Assembly (NCBI GenBank): GCA_051883455.1
Contig: JBJETT010000002.1
Coordinates: forward strand, 12,584 to 76,583
Length of the DNA: 64,000 nucleotides
DNA from: Christensenellales bacterium
GTDB taxonomy: Bacteria; Bacillota; Clostridia; Christensenellales; UBA3700
Direction: 5' to 3'
Below the pieces are notes generated by a model, which was not told the DNA's origin, ran no database searches, and saw only the letters and a list, made by a program, of their open reading frames with translations. A program made the position numbers and the translations under genes. Of this stretch, positions 52,114 to 61,162 are shown in pieces. How positions within the stretch are numbered: position 1 is the stretch's first letter; every line of letters starts with the position of its first letter.

Positions 52114-53160
52114 TTATAGTAACGTAGTTTTGTCTTCGGCAATACCTATCAAACCACTCAAGTCGTAAGTCGTATCGTCGTCGTCCTTGACGTAGCCCGA
52201 CACCACGCCGAAAGGCAAGTAGTATTCTACCTTTGCAACGCCGACGTTGGGGGTCATAACGTAGGTGTTTTGAATTTCGAATGCGATATTGACTCTATCG
52301 TATTGGTCGTACACTCGCCAAACTTTATCCTTCTTTTCGAAGGTAACGGGTGGTAGTATAATTTGTCTATCTTGTAGCCAAACGAGGTTTTCGTTGTAGT
52401 CGTGTTGGTTTATCGATTGGTTGAGAGTAAGGTTGAAGGCGATAAACGTATCTTTGCCATTGTGTTTGATTTTGCCCATAGTCGTCAGCCAGTCGTAGTG
52501 CGCACGCCTAGGATAATATCCCTTGTGGTCGTCAATAACGGCGACGGCGTCCTTCAATTCTATTCGTTTGCCGTCCTTTTCGATATAGCCTTGCGCGCTA
52601 AAGAAGTCCTTTTGAGTATACAACGGCATATTGTCGCCAAAAGGTATGGACACAACGCTTGGCGGTGAGAGTCTAGTTAGGTCTACGCAATAAGTTAGGT
52701 TTCCCTTTTTGCTAGCGATAGCGCAAGTAGTAGAGGCTTTACCCTTATCCATATCGTTCTTGACCGAGATATTCATTGCTTTCGTCTTGATAAACGTCGT
52801 TGTGTCAATCAAGTTGGGTGCAACCTTCAGCGTGCGAGAGGTAGCAGGCTTTAGCCAAAAGTCGATATCGTGAGTTATGCGGTCGAAGGCTACTACTATG
52901 CCAAAGCCCACTTGACCCATAGAATATATAGCCGATACTATGGCAAGCTCGTCGGTAACGATTTCCGTAGCTTCCCATTCCGTCAGCTTAAAGTCTTGTA
53001 TAGGGCGGGTCATTCTTTTGCCGTAAGGACGGTAGCAATCTATCAAATTGAGATTTTTAATCTCTTTGTCAAAAGTGCCGAAAACTGCTTGTCCTCTCTC
53101 GTCCACTATGCTTTCGGGTGGCGTAGTGGGTTGCCTGAGTTGAGAAATGCGCTCTTGCAT
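52114..53160 (-). CDS. DUF2804-like protein
   Basis: FGTF...NLID, KLTEWE, DDHKGYY...YDW, NENLVW, FG..SG pattern recalled for this family. Confidence 0.7.
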   Translation of the reverse strand: MQERISQLRQPTTPPESIVDERGQAVFGTFDKEIKNLNLIDCYRPYGKRMTRPIQDFKLTEWEATEIVTDELAIVSAIYSMGQVGFGIVVAFDRITHDIDFWLKPATSRTLKVAPNLIDTTTFIKTKAMNISVKNDMDKGKASTTCAIASKKGNLTYCVDLTRLSPPSVVSIPFGDNMPLYTQKDFFSAQGYIEKDGKRIELKDAVAVIDDHKGYYPRRAHYDWLTTMGKIKHNGKDTFIAFNLTLNQSINQHDYNENLVWLQDRQIILPPVTFEKKDKVWRVYDQYDRVNIAFEIQNTYVMTPNVGVAKVEYYLPFGVVSGYVKDDDDTTYDLSGLIGIAEDKTTLL

Positions 53161-53278
53161 ACAATATCCCCCTTATAAGTTTAGTTTAGCAACTAAAATA
53201 CCCACTGTCAATACGCAATTCTAAATAAAAATGCTAACCTTTGTCGAAAAAGCTGCGTATAATGTCAAGGGGGCGTAT

Positions 53279-53734
53279 ATGCAAGACGAGAAGCGAAAAA
53301 TTAGCAGACTAAAGGCGTTGATAATTAAAGAGCAAAAGCTACTACTCGACCTTATTGCCACTACGGCAAGAGCCGACAAGAAGGGGGTCGCTCAAACGGC
53401 GGACACTCCCGATTTTTTGGACTACAACGCGTTGCTTGCTCGGCAGTTGCAACTACTGTCTCGTCTTTTTAATCAGCAAACGAAAAAGCAAAGCATAATC
53501 GCGCTTTGCCAAAAAGAAAAGGCAAAAAACTCGATACGTGTCGACAATTTGGACGTCGAGCAGGACGGTATACAAGACGATATCGTTGAGCCGTCGCCTA
53601 ATCCGCCAATTAGCCGATACGACGATAGCATTGACGAACATGAGTATTGCCAAGTCGACGAAGTTAAAGCACAATCGGATAGCGAGGTAGAGCAATCACA
53701 ATCCCTTGACCAATCTCAGCCAAATATACGATAG
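53279..53734 (+). CDS. Hypothetical protein (helical N-terminus, acidic C-terminus)
   Basis: G-rich RBS before ATG 53279, followed by a strong hairpin. Confidence 0.6.
   Translation: MQDEKRKISRLKALIIKEQKLLLDLIATTARADKKGVAQTADTPDFLDYNALLARQLQLLSRLFNQQTKKQSIIALCQKEKAKNSIRVDNLDVEQDGIQDDIVEPSPNPPISRYDDSIDEHEYCQVDEVKAQSDSEVEQSQSLDQSQPNIR
53524..53544 (+). repeat. Dispersed motif copy 7 (AAAAAACTCGATACGTGTCGA), inside an ORF
   Basis: Full 14-bp near-palindrome. Confidence 0.85.
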
Positions 53735-53761
53735 CCCCTATTCCGATTGGAGAATAGGGGC
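53734..53761. terminator. Hairpin between convergent genes
   Basis: gcccctattc/gaataggggc stem; no clear T run. Confidence 0.55.
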
Positions 53762-53784
53762 GCTGGCAATAGTGATGTTGTTGC

Positions 53785-54576
53785 TTACCAGAGGCAAATA
53801 AAGTTATCGAGCAAGACGAAGACTGACAACGCTATTAGGTACAATCCAAAATATCTCAATTTGCATTTTTGCACTAGCCCTAGCATAATTTTGATGGATA
53901 GATAACCGCTTACGGTTGCGGCAAGCATTCCTAGCGAGGTAGCTAAAGGCGGTAATGCAATCGAGCAATCTCCCTTGGCAATTTTTAGCGTTTGTAGTAG
54001 TACCGAAGCCAAAATAATAGGTATGCTCATCAAAAATGAAAAGTCCGTCACGTCCCGTCTTTGTCCATTAGTTGCTATGCCGCCCACTATAGTGCTTCCG
54101 CTCCGACTTATCCCGGGAAAAACCGCTACTGCTTGCATCAAGCCCATAGCGATAGCTTGTTTGATGCCGATAGAGCCGAGAGGTAAGCTATCGTTTTGCT
54201 TAGACGGCTTGAAAAAGTCGCTTGCAATCAAAAGAACTGCCGAAATCAAAAAGAATATCCATAGATATTTGCTTGTGGCAAACAACGCTTCTATCTCGTC
54301 GCTCAGCACCAGTCCCACTATCCCTGCGGGGATTGTCGCCAATATTAGCAATAGTAGAGGCTTTAGAGGTTGCTTGGCAATACCTAGCAGTTGTTTGCGC
54401 AGTGCAACGCACACCGCAACCAGCGTAGATAGGTGCAATAGAGTATCGAATAATAATACGTCGCTTTCAATGCCAAGCAGGTCTTGTACGAGTACCAAAT
54501 GTCCGCTACTCGAAATTGGCAAGAATTCCGTAAACCCTTGTACCAATCCCAACAATATAGCTTCCCAAATCTCCAT
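53785..54576 (-). CDS. uppP: Undecaprenyl-diphosphate phosphatase
   Basis: GLVQGFTEFLPISSSGH and PGISRSGSTI. Confidence 0.96.
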   Translation of the reverse strand: MEIWEAILLGLVQGFTEFLPISSSGHLVLVQDLLGIESDVLLFDTLLHLSTLVAVCVALRKQLLGIAKQPLKPLLLLILATIPAGIVGLVLSDEIEALFATSKYLWIFFLISAVLLIASDFFKPSKQNDSLPLGSIGIKQAIAMGLMQAVAVFPGISRSGSTIVGGIATNGQRRDVTDFSFLMSIPIILASVLLQTLKIAKGDCSIALPPLATSLGMLAATVSGYLSIKIMLGLVQKCKLRYFGLYLIALSVFVLLDNFICLW

Positions 54577-54806
54577 AAGCACCTCATAGCAGTCTATTCT
54601 TACGGAGAAGAGATAATAACAAAATAACCAAGTAGATAAAACGACGTTTCTAACGCTAGCAAAAAATATCTCCTAAGAAGCGGAACGGGTATAATAATAT
54701 AACATATAGTAAGTAATGTATAACGGGCAAAACAGCTAACGCTTTACCCTACGCTTGTCAACGGTGCTTTAGCCGATAGCGCAATACAAATGAATAGATA
54801 CCGTTG

Positions 54807-55697
54807 TTATTTTACCTTCTTAAATCCACGCCCCAACACCTCGCGAGTATTGATTGCAAAGGCAAAGGCGTGCGGGTCTATCCTTTTGAGCAGTCTTTTG
54901 AAGGAAGATATTTGAGAGCGGGACACAACGCAAATCAGCACGTTGTTGTCGGCTTGGCTATAACCGCCGTGTGAGTTCATAATAGTGACGCTACGACCTA
55001 TCTCGCTCAAAATGGCGGCAGTCAATTCTTGCGTTTTTTCCGTCACTACCTCAAACTTGACTGCCTGTCTACCGCCGTTGAGCACTATGTCCATGCTCTT
55101 AGAGTTGAAGAAAATTTGCACCAACGAGCATATTGCAATGGTGATGATTTCCGTCGTTTGCATTTTCCCCGCGAACTTATACAAGATACAACCAAGCGAC
55201 ACGACGACGCAGTTGATTGCCAAAATTATGTACGACATTGACACCGAGTTATGCTTTTTTTGCAACAATACGCCCGCAATCTCCGTACCGCCGGGGCAAA
55301 AGTCACAGCTCACCAACAGTCCTATTCCCGCGCCCGAAATAATACCGCCTGCGATAGCGCAAAGAAGTGGTTGCGACGGATTAGAGTAGCTAAAAAATCC
55401 GATATAAGACCATAGCCTCAGCATGCCTGCCATTAGCACGGTGCCCACCAAAGACTTGAGCGCAAAGGTCTTGTTTTTGATAAAGAAAGCCAGTACTATC
55501 AACGGAAAGTTGATAATTAGCACGGTATAGCTCGCCTCAAAGCCCGTCAAAATTTGTATCATAGAAGCAATACCCGACACCCCGCCGGGGAAAAACTTGG
55601 CGGGTATAGTAAAGGTATGTATAGATATCGACATCAACGTAGCCCCGAGTATTACTTTGACTGCCGTCAGCAGATTGCTAATAATTTTGTTAGTCAT
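54807..55697 (-). CDS. YitT family membrane protein (C-terminal DUF2179)
   Basis: GGVSGIA, GGTEIAG, GRSVT...GGYS, DPHAF. Confidence 0.85.
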   Translation of the reverse strand: MTNKIISNLLTAVKVILGATLMSISIHTFTIPAKFFPGGVSGIASMIQILTGFEASYTVLIINFPLIVLAFFIKNKTFALKSLVGTVLMAGMLRLWSYIGFFSYSNPSQPLLCAIAGGIISGAGIGLLVSCDFCPGGTEIAGVLLQKKHNSVSMSYIILAINCVVVSLGCILYKFAGKMQTTEIITIAICSLVQIFFNSKSMDIVLNGGRQAVKFEVVTEKTQELTAAILSEIGRSVTIMNSHGGYSQADNNVLICVVSRSQISSFKRLLKRIDPHAFAFAINTREVLGRGFKKVK

Positions 55698-55782
55698 ACG
55701 CCCTCATTATATGATTATGCTAACTTGAATTGCCCTACTTGTCAATACCCAAGCAAATTTATCGTAATAAAATAACCCCATT

Positions 55783-55837
55783 TTAAGATAAGATTAAGTA
55801 ACTATAATATTTAATTATATATTAACAAGATTTTAAC
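55783..55837. promoter_or_regulatory. Two pairs of TTAA(G/C) direct repeats with 11-bp period
   Basis: TTAAG at 55783 and 55794; TTAAC at 55822 and 55833. Confidence 0.35.
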
Positions 55838-55938
55838 GCAAAAATAAACAACTAAAAAGGCGTATGGTATGGAATTTTTTTTATAATTATTGTATAATTG
55901 AATTACAATGGCTAACAAATAGCTTTTTAGGAGGAATT

Positions 55939-57339
55939 ATGAAGAAAATTGCATTTATAGCGGTACTCGTAGTATTGTTCACGCTATTGACGTTCACTTT
56001 CATCGGTTGTGCGGACAAACGCCAACCTGTAGAAATCGACGCCGAAAACCTAAGCGTTTGGATGGACAACGAATATTACATTGGCACCAAGACTTATACT
56101 ACGGGTGTCAACACCGACAACAAGTTCGACTTGTCCAAAGTATTTGGCAACAACGTCAACTTCAATTTGTGGGAGGCGCATAGCACGGCAACGTTGACGG
56201 GTAGCGTTCTCGCCATCAACGATACAGGCACGGCAAAACTCGACGTCACCGATGCCGATGGCAACAAAGTTACCAAAAAGATTACCTTCGTCGAAGGTAT
56301 CAATGCATACACTTATCCGGAATTCGTATATGCGGTAGTTAGCAAAAAGCCTGTCGTAGTTCACGACAACTTTGAGATGATACCTGCAAGAGATATCGAG
56401 AATCCTGTCATTACAGTGCCTGAACACGGCTATCTCGATGTTCAAGCTTCTATTTATGGCAACGGACACGTTTTCGATGCATACAAAATAGCAGGATACG
56501 GCGAAGGACTTCCGGGCTCAAGCGTGCTATTCTGTAGCAAGTCCGACGATATAGTACTCCAAGACTTCAAGATTACCGGAAGAGTGCTCGAAGAGGACGA
56601 AACTCTCGACCTTACCAGCCTTGAGAGATACGGTGTGCTTATCAGCGTTGACGGCGACAATTCTTTTAGACCAAAAGTTACTATGAAAAACTTGATTGTG
56701 GAGAACAGCCACAAGAATATTTACTTCAACAACTGTGACGTTACTATGCAAGGCTGTATCGTTCAAAACGCTTCCGACTCCACCATCTCTATCGAGACCA
56801 ACAACGAAAAGGGTGCCAAGGTTGTTATGAGAAACAACGTAATCGCCAACTCTATGACGGCAGGTATCGTATTGTGGGGCTGGACGGATACGGGTGACTA
56901 CAAGACTCAAAATAAATTCGTAGACCTCACCGTAGAAGGCTTCCTCGATATATACAACTGGAAAGACTCTAAGCACGCTAAGCTTATGCCTAACACCGAG
57001 GACTTGGCTGATACTGTCAACGGTCTTGTAGAAACGGAGATGGACAAACCAAAATATGACCAATTCTTCTACAAATATAAGGAGCAAAAGTGGGTTCAAA
57101 CGGGAATGATTATTCTTGCAACGGGCGGACTGAAAGAAAACAAAGCTGAGTTCCACGGACTTGAAAATATCGGCTTTGAGATAAGAGAATTCCCTCTTCC
57201 TTCCGCGGCAAAACTTTTCTGTAAGACGTGTAAGGTAGTAGGTTACGGCACCGATGGTAATAAAGTCGGCGTTCAACCTGACGCTAAGATTAGTGACAAC
57301 GTATATCTTATGTCTGATCTTAGATACGGTAGAAGTTAA
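55939..57339 (+). CDS. Hypothetical lipoprotein with probable right-handed beta-helix
   Basis: Lipobox FIGC; IYGNGH, then repeated N/I/V-rich short strands (MKNLIVENS, MQGCIVQN, MRNNVIAN). Confidence 0.7.
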   Translation: MKKIAFIAVLVVLFTLLTFTFIGCADKRQPVEIDAENLSVWMDNEYYIGTKTYTTGVNTDNKFDLSKVFGNNVNFNLWEAHSTATLTGSVLAINDTGTAKLDVTDADGNKVTKKITFVEGINAYTYPEFVYAVVSKKPVVVHDNFEMIPARDIENPVITVPEHGYLDVQASIYGNGHVFDAYKIAGYGEGLPGSSVLFCSKSDDIVLQDFKITGRVLEEDETLDLTSLERYGVLISVDGDNSFRPKVTMKNLIVENSHKNIYFNNCDVTMQGCIVQNASDSTISIETNNEKGAKVVMRNNVIANSMTAGIVLWGWTDTGDYKTQNKFVDLTVEGFLDIYNWKDSKHAKLMPNTEDLADTVNGLVETEMDKPKYDQFFYKYKEQKWVQTGMIILATGGLKENKAEFHGLENIGFEIREFPLPSAAKLFCKTCKVVGYGTDGNKVGVQPDAKISDNVYLMSDLRYGRS

Positions 57340-57360
57340 TACTACGGTATAGCAATTATT

Positions 57361-57392
57361 ATCGCTCACCCTATGCGGTGGGCGATTTTTTT
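57361..57392 (+). terminator. Intrinsic terminator
   Basis: atcgctcacc/ggtgggcgat plus T run. Confidence 0.8.
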
Positions 57393-57463
57393 GCAAAAAA
57401 TGGGTATTGTAATTTAATCTACATAATGCTATAATAATTATAATAAATATATAGGGAGAGATT

Positions 57464-59209
57464 ATGTTCGAGATCAAAGGCAACGATTTTTTGCTTGATG
57501 GCAAAAAGTACAATATCTATTCGGGAGCAATGCACTACTTCCGCATCCCACACGAGTATTGGGAAGATAGACTCACCAAACTAAAGCTTGCGGGCTTCAA
57601 CACGGTAGAGACCTACGTGTGTTGGAATTTGCACGAACCTAAGAAGGGAGAATTTTGCTTTGAGGGCGACCTCGATATAGCCGAGTACATAGCCATAGCG
57701 GGCAAGCTCGGGCTCAACGTCATCGTTAGGCCGGGACCATATATATGTGCCGAATGGGAAGCGGGCGGTTTCCCTGCTTGGCTATTCAAGGACAAAAATA
57801 TTGATTTGAGATGCTTCTGTCCCGAGTACCTCGCCCACGTCAAAGATTATTACACCAAACTTATGAGCATACTCGTGCCTTTGCAATGCACCAAAGGCGG
57901 CAATATCATCGCCATGCAGATTGAGAATGAGTACGGCAGCTTCGGCAACGACAAACGCTACCTCGCCTATATGCGCGATATGATGCAAGAGTTGGGCGTT
58001 GACGTACTGACCTTTACTTCCGACGGAGATTGGTGCAACATGCTCTCGTCGGGCACGCTGGAAGGTACTTTCAAGACCCTCAACTTCGGTAGCAACGTCA
58101 GCGGAAGAATGAAAGCGCTTGATAGATATCCCGACAACGGACCTAAGATGTGTATGGAATTTTGGTGCGGTTGGTTCGACCATTGGGGCGAAAGGCACCA
58201 TACTCGCAATCACAAGTCTATTATCAAAGAGCTCAACACTTTCTTCGACATTGGTGCTTCCTTCAACTTTTATATGTTCCACGGCGGTACCAATTTCGGT
58301 TTCAATGCGGGCGCCAATCATTTCAGCACGTATCAACCTACCGTGACTAGCTACGACTATTGCGCGCTTCTCAACGAATACGGCGACTATACCCCCGCAT
58401 ACCACGCGGTGAGGGAATTATTGTGCAGTAGACAGGGTATAGAACTCAAACCTTTGCCACCGTCAGTACGCCTTCAAAATATCGGCGAGGTCAAACTCAC
58501 CGAGTGCACGGGCTTGTTCGAAAACTTTGACAATATCGGTACCAAACACCATAGCGGTGCGGCAAAACACATGGAATATTACGACCAAAATTACGGACTT
58601 ATCTATTACAAGACCGTGAAGAAGGGCAAGTATACTATGGGCAATTTGTCTATAGAAGGATTGCACGACAGAGCGCACGTCTATATAGATGGACAACTCA
58701 AAGGCATCTGCGACGTAACGGGCAAAGCCCCTCGCAAACATAGACGCAATTCCTTCATGGTTTCGGGATTTGACGGCGAGAGAGAGATAGGCGTTTTGGT
58801 CGAGGCAATGGGCAGAGTCAATTACGGCAACCATATCAACGACCGCAAGGGTATATCGGGACTTTTGCTTGGACCTCATAATATTTTCGATTACGAAGTG
58901 ACGACGCTTCCACTTGACAATATCGACAAACTGGATTGGAGTCTTGGCGCAGAAAAGTATCCAAAATTCTTCAAGGCGCAGTTTGACGCGTCGAGCAATG
59001 CCGATTGTTTCGTTGATATGAAGGGCTTTGGTAAGGGCTACGTATGGGTCAACGGACACAACCTCGGTAGATATTGGAATATAGGACCGCAAAGGTCGTT
59101 GTACTTGCCGGGCGTATGGCTAAAAGAAAAGGACAACGAGATAATCGTGCTCGAACTTGACGGCAACAAGACGGATAGCGTAGCTATCACGGACAAGCAT
59201 TATCTCTAA
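57464..59209 (+). CDS. Beta-galactosidase, GH35
   Basis: SGAMHYFR, RPGPYICAEW, QIENEYG, MEFWCGWFDHWG, YMFHGGTNFG. Confidence 0.93.
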   Translation: MFEIKGNDFLLDGKKYNIYSGAMHYFRIPHEYWEDRLTKLKLAGFNTVETYVCWNLHEPKKGEFCFEGDLDIAEYIAIAGKLGLNVIVRPGPYICAEWEAGGFPAWLFKDKNIDLRCFCPEYLAHVKDYYTKLMSILVPLQCTKGGNIIAMQIENEYGSFGNDKRYLAYMRDMMQELGVDVLTFTSDGDWCNMLSSGTLEGTFKTLNFGSNVSGRMKALDRYPDNGPKMCMEFWCGWFDHWGERHHTRNHKSIIKELNTFFDIGASFNFYMFHGGTNFGFNAGANHFSTYQPTVTSYDYCALLNEYGDYTPAYHAVRELLCSRQGIELKPLPPSVRLQNIGEVKLTECTGLFENFDNIGTKHHSGAAKHMEYYDQNYGLIYYKTVKKGKYTMGNLSIEGLHDRAHVYIDGQLKGICDVTGKAPRKHRRNSFMVSGFDGEREIGVLVEAMGRVNYGNHINDRKGISGLLLGPHNIFDYEVTTLPLDNIDKLDWSLGAEKYPKFFKAQFDASSNADCFVDMKGFGKGYVWVNGHNLGRYWNIGPQRSLYLPGVWLKEKDNEIIVLELDGNKTDSVAITDKHYL

Positions 59210-59299
59210 TGCGACTTTTGACGATATAGTCTAGTACTCAATCACACTCAACGACATTCGCCGATTATTCGGCTAAGAATAACAAATAGGAGGCTTATT

Positions 59300-60448
59300 A
59301 TGGCAAACAGAATAGTTCTCAACGAACAATCATACCATGGCGCAGGCTCAAGAGCAGAACTTGCGTCCATAGTCAAGGGCAAGGGCTTTACCAAGGCTTT
59401 CGTTTGCTCCGACAAAGCGACTTTCAACGTAGGCGTTACTTCCAAAGTGACCGAAGTTTTGGACAAGGCGGGACTTGCTTATACCGTACATACGGACATC
59501 GTGCCTAACCCACCAATCGAAAACGTGCTTGACGGTGTCAAGGCGTTCAAAGAGAGTGGCGCGGACTACCTACTTGCAGTAGGCGGTGGCTCGTCTATCG
59601 ACACGGCTAAGGCTATCGGTATCATCGTAGCCAATCCCGAGTTTGGTGACGTTAGAAGTTTGGAAGGCGTTGCACCTACCAAAAATCCTAGCGTGCCTAT
59701 CATTGCCGTTCCTACCACGGCAGGTACCGCTGCAGAAGTAACTATCAACTACGTTATCACCGACAGACAAAAACAACGCAAATTCGTATGCGTAGACGTA
59801 CACGATATCCCTGTCGTTGCAATCATCGACTCCGAGCTTATGTCCACCATGCCTAAGGGCTTGACGGCTGCTACGGGTATGGACGCATTGACCCACGCTA
59901 TCGAGGGCTACACTACCAAGGGCGCTTGGGAAATGACGGATATGTTCCACCTCAAAGCTATCGAAATCATCTCTCGTTCGCTTCGTGGCGCTGTTGCAGG
60001 CACCAAGGAAGGCAGAGAGGGTATGGCGCTCGGTCAATATATCGCGGGTATGGGCTTTAGCAACGTAGGACTTGGTATCGTTCACTCTATGGCTCACGCT
60101 TTGGGCGCAGTTTACGACACGCCACACGGCGTCGGCAACGCGATTTTGTTGCCAACCGTTATGGCTTACAACGCCGAGGCTACGGGCGAAAAGTATAGAG
60201 AAATCGCACGTGCTATGGGCGTTGAGGGCGTAGACGATATGACCCAAGAAGAGTATCGCAAGGCAGCCGTAGATGCGGTAAGACAACTCTCTATCGACGT
60301 TGGCATTCCTCAAGACCTCAAAGCAATCGTCAAAGAAGAAGATATTGACTTCCTCGCTCAATCGGCTATGGACGACGCTTGCAGACCGGGCAATCCAAAA
60401 GACCCAACGAAGGAAGATATCATAGCTCTCTACAAGAGTTTGCTATAA
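59300..60448 (+). CDS. fucO: Lactaldehyde reductase (Fe-dependent alcohol dehydrogenase)
   Basis: MANRIVLN N-terminus, GGGSSID, PTTAGT, DALTHAIE, HSMAH, PHG. Confidence 0.9.
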   Translation: MANRIVLNEQSYHGAGSRAELASIVKGKGFTKAFVCSDKATFNVGVTSKVTEVLDKAGLAYTVHTDIVPNPPIENVLDGVKAFKESGADYLLAVGGGSSIDTAKAIGIIVANPEFGDVRSLEGVAPTKNPSVPIIAVPTTAGTAAEVTINYVITDRQKQRKFVCVDVHDIPVVAIIDSELMSTMPKGLTAATGMDALTHAIEGYTTKGAWEMTDMFHLKAIEIISRSLRGAVAGTKEGREGMALGQYIAGMGFSNVGLGIVHSMAHALGAVYDTPHGVGNAILLPTVMAYNAEATGEKYREIARAMGVEGVDDMTQEEYRKAAVDAVRQLSIDVGIPQDLKAIVKEEDIDFLAQSAMDDACRPGNPKDPTKEDIIALYKSLL

Positions 60449-60546
60449 TAGTCCGAAAGTGGAAATAAGTAGAACGGTACTATTACTATAGCAAGGACAC
60501 GTCAAAATTTTGGCTTTCCGAGCAATAGCAAAACCGTAACGACAAA

Positions 60547-60576
60547 ACGGGCAGATACTTAGTGGTATCTGCCCGT
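60547..60576. terminator. Strong hairpin between convergent genes
   Basis: acgggcagatac/gtatctgcccgt, A run on the 5' side. Confidence 0.6.
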
Positions 60577-60587
60577 ACTAATCTATA

Positions 60588-60730
60588 ACGCGATATATCG
60601 CTACGCAATGCGAAATATTTATTATAATAAATGCGATATATACTTCACTTCGCTCGTATGAGATATGATATAAATTCCGTCAGGAACTTATATCGTTTCG
60701 ATGTAATCGAACGACACGTATCGACTTTTT
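60588..60730. repeat. Array of GCGATAT-like units with short hairpins, ending in dispersed motif copy 8
   Basis: GCGATATAT 60590 and 60633, GCGAAATAT 60610, GAGATATGATATA 60660, TTATATCG 60688. Confidence 0.5.
60711..60730 (-). repeat. Dispersed motif copy 8 (AAAAAGTCGATACGTGTCGT on minus strand)
   Basis: Exact match to TCGATACGTRT; overlaps the end of the small ORF. Confidence 0.85.
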
Positions 60731-60899
60731 AGCTCATTTTGCGATATTCTAGCATATTTACGCATTCCAGCTTGTCGCCTATCATCAGGTCGTAAGGGAG
60801 CAAAAATACGCTGATATCGAGTAGGTCGCCGTTTTCGGCTTGGAGTACGGCATAGTCACCGCAGATTTCTTTTACAACATAAATTTCTCTATTTTCCAT
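60729..60899 (-). CDS. Small hypothetical protein (56 aa, DUF3006-like)
   Basis: YVVKEICGDYAVLQ...LLPYDLMIGDKL resembles small clostridial beta-barrel proteins; weak RBS. Confidence 0.55.
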   Translation of the reverse strand: MENREIYVVKEICGDYAVLQAENGDLLDISVFLLPYDLMIGDKLECVNMLEYRKMS

Positions 60900-60968
60900 A
60901 CAATTATTATATAGTAAGCCTGTCGCTGGGTCAACTAAACTAGTATAAGACAATTTTGCCATATATTA

Positions 60969-60997
60969 TTGACTTTGCCTAATAATGTTGCTATTAT
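60969..60997 (+). promoter_or_regulatory. sigmaA-like promoter upstream of the riboswitch
   Basis: TTGACT, 17 bp, TATTAT. Confidence 0.6.
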
Positions 60998-61010
60998 AAA
61001 GGTACAACTT

Positions 61011-61132
61011 AATTGTATAGGGAGTAGCTGGCATAGAGATATGCGGTTGAGCCAACAACCTGAAAGTAATCTTTCTGGTTCAATCACAATTAGCAAGACT
61101 ATATTTTGCAGTGGCAAAATGTGGTCTTTTTT
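61011..61132 (+). promoter_or_regulatory. yybP-ykoY (Mn2+)-type riboswitch with overlapping intrinsic terminator
   Basis: P1 TATAG-GGAGTAGC...TAGCAAGA-CTATA; P2 GCATA-GAGA-TATGC; P3 GGTTGAGCC/GGTTCAATC with AACAACC loop; P4 GAAAG-TAAT-CTTTC; terminator aagactatattttgc-agtg-gcaaaatgtggtctt-tttt. Confidence 0.88.
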
Positions 61133-61162
61133 GTTTAACAATACTTCTACAAGGAGAAATTT

